A DNA stretch of 49,097 bases from Deltaproteobacteria bacterium. GTDB taxonomy: Bacteria > Desulfobacterota > Desulfobaccia > Desulfobaccales > 0-14-0-80-60-11. Both the position numbers and the translations under genes were made by a program. The notes beneath the pieces are model-generated. The model was not told where the DNA came from and searched no databases. It worked only from the letters and a program-made list of their open reading frames with translations. Below are positions 47,461 through 49,097 of this stretch, piece after piece; the first letter of the stretch is position 1; every line of letters starts with the position of its first letter. The stretch is from positions 1 through 49,097 of the forward strand of contig JACQYN010000003.1 of assembly GCA_016208235.1 (NCBI GenBank), read 5' to 3'.

Positions 47461-48477
47461 TCAAAGAGAAGTATTTCCTTTAACCGCTCCTAACTTGAGG
47501 CGGCGCTTCGCTACCCGCATCCTGAAATAATCCACCAAACCGGAGACAAACCCCTGGGGCAGGAAGAGGAGGATCACCACCAGGATCAGGCCGTGGATAA
47601 TGTCCATATAGGTCTCGAAGAATTCCAGGAAGTGGGGCAGAATGGTGATCAGGGCCACCCCGAAGAGGGTGCCCCAGATGGAGCCCATGCCTCCCACCAC
47701 CACCATGATGACCAGGTCCAGGGATTTGAAGATGCTGAACCCGTCCGGGTTGACGTAGCCGAAATAGTGGGCGTAGAGGCTGCCGGCCACCGACGCGAAA
47801 ACCGCGGAGAGCACAAAAACCTGCACCTTGTCCCGCTGCACGTTGACGCCCAGAGTGGCCGCGGCCACTTCGTCCTGGGCCAGCGCGGCCAGGCCCCGGC
47901 CCACGCCGCTGCGCACCAGGTTAAGGCACAGGGTCAGGGCCGCCAGGGCGCAGGTCCAGACCAGGTAGTGAAATTTGATGTCGCTGTTAAAGGCGAAACC
48001 GAGAATAGACAGGGGTGGCACCCCGGAGAGACCCGCAGGGCCGCCGGTAACGGCATCCCATTGGACGAAGACGCCGTGCACCACATAGTTGAAGCCCAGG
48101 GTGGCCATGGCCAGGTAGTGGCCGGAGAGGCGGAGGGTGGGCACACCCAGGGCCAGGGCCACCAGCGCCAGCACGGCTGCGGTCAGGCCCATGGCCGGCC
48201 ATGCCGGGAAATTATAGCCGGCAGTGAGCACCGCGGAGCCGTAGGCCCCCAGCCCGAAAAACGCGGCGTGCCCCAGGGAGATCTGGCCCGCGTAGCCGAT
48301 GAACAGATTGAGGCCCAACACCACGATGACGTAAAGGCCGATGAGGTTGAGGATCCCCAGATTGTAAGGGTTGTTGACCACCAGGGGGGTGAGCAGGAGG
48401 ATTATCGCCAGGACCCAGACTGCCAGGCCGGTGCGGTGGCGGATAACAAAAAATTTTGCTCTTTCCCAACCCCTCAT
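47461..48477 (-). CDS. livM: Liv-type ABC permease (LivM-like)
   Basis: GYAGQISLGHAAFFGLGAY, LRLSGHYLAMATL, VVGGMGS. Confidence 0.93.
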   Translation of the reverse strand: MRGWERAKFFVIRHRTGLAVWVLAIILLLTPLVVNNPYNLGILNLIGLYVIVVLGLNLFIGYAGQISLGHAAFFGLGAYGSAVLTAGYNFPAWPAMGLTAAVLALVALALGVPTLRLSGHYLAMATLGFNYVVHGVFVQWDAVTGGPAGLSGVPPLSILGFAFNSDIKFHYLVWTCALAALTLCLNLVRSGVGRGLAALAQDEVAAATLGVNVQRDKVQVFVLSAVFASVAGSLYAHYFGYVNPDGFSIFKSLDLVIMVVVGGMGSIWGTLFGVALITILPHFLEFFETYMDIIHGLILVVILLFLPQGFVSGLVDYFRMRVAKRRLKLGAVKGNTSL

Positions 48478-48493
48478 GCCGAGTCTTCCATAA

Positions 48494-48691
48494 CTACCGG
48501 GAAGACTTTAAAAATCGGGCAATGCTGCGATCGTAAGTCCGTTCCACTTCCGGAGTAAAATAGCATGCGGGCAACTCGCTCCGATCCCGGTGATAGCGCA
48601 GGCACTCGCAACAGAGTCCCTTGCGTTCACAGGGTTCATAGGTGCAGGAGCATTGCGTTAAATTAATTTGTTGCCGGGGGCATTCATTCAT
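48494..48691 (-). CDS. Small Cys-rich protein (DUF6485-like)
   Basis: [21 protein letters not shown]...LPACYF. Confidence 0.75.
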   Translation of the reverse strand: MNECPRQQINLTQCSCTYEPCERKGLCCECLRYHRDRSELPACYFTPEVERTYDRSIARFLKSSR

Positions 48692-48749
48692 ACTTCAAGC
48701 CTCCTTCGCCTCAAGACGTCTTTGCAGGTGTTTTCTCCATGTGCCTCTA

Positions 48750-49097
48750 TTATAATCCTTTTTTTGCCGCGGCCGCTCCCAGACGCAGGGCCTTGAGGTT
48801 CATGTCCCGGAAGCGCTCCGGGGTTTGGTCCCGGATGATCTGCTCCAGCAGTTGCGCGCTGCAAAAAAGCCCCTTTTTAGCTGCCACATAACCCAGGAGG
48901 ATGAGGTTGGCGGCCACGGGCGCGCCCATCTGCCGGGCCAGACCCTGGGCGTCAAGGCCCTGGTAATCGCCGGGAGATGCGGCATTGACAAAGACCTTGG
49001 CGTCCCCTTTCAAGTAGAAGCGGTGCACCGTCAGGTTTCTGGGGTCCAGGAACAGGCCCACGTCCGCCCGGCCCGCGGGAATCAGGGGCCCGCGAAA
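48750..49097 (-). CDS. 2-oxoacid:acceptor oxidoreductase gamma/IorB-like subunit, 5'-truncated by the window edge
   Basis: ANLILLG and NLKALRLG C-terminal pattern; paaK/Liv context. Confidence 0.75.
   Translation of the reverse strand, partial: FRGPLIPAGRADVGLFLDPRNLTVHRFYLKGDAKVFVNAASPGDYQGLDAQGLARQMGAPVAANLILLGYVAAKKGLFCSAQLLEQIIRDQTPERFRDMNLKALRLGAAAAKKGL

Overview
GC-rich bacterial chromosome segment. Gene content and order suggest a Desulfobacterota/deltaproteobacterial anaerobe (inference). Housekeeping blocks: bioB-D-F-H-C, iorAB, archease-rtcB, ffh-rpsP-khpA-rimM-trmD-rplS-rnhB-yraN-rsmI, ptsH-ptsI-smpB, class II nrdJ with an NrdR box, fabH, rplM-rpsI-argC-truA, and a fragmented Liv-type ABC/paaK operon. 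Almost every intergenic space holds palindromic REP-like elements from at least six families, or heptamer tandem repeats. There are two full-length REP-associated tyrosine transposases (RAYT) and two RAYT 5' stubs. Main observations: (1) a RAYT-REP cassette sits between CTCAG direct repeats in the first codons of yraN, making an in-frame RAYT-YraN fusion, and removing it restores a normal rnhB-coupled yraN; (2) a long structured leader RNA candidate, with a consensus promoter and a tandem 17-bp repeat, precedes a 64-aa orphan gene; (3) an MNT-HEPN module is bracketed by a 108-bp duplication of the paaK 3' end; (4) the HPr has Asp at the regulatory Ser46 position; (5) AT-rich or TA-like genes lie next to REPs. 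No rRNA, tRNA or CRISPR array was recognised. All calls are by eye, with no database searches.
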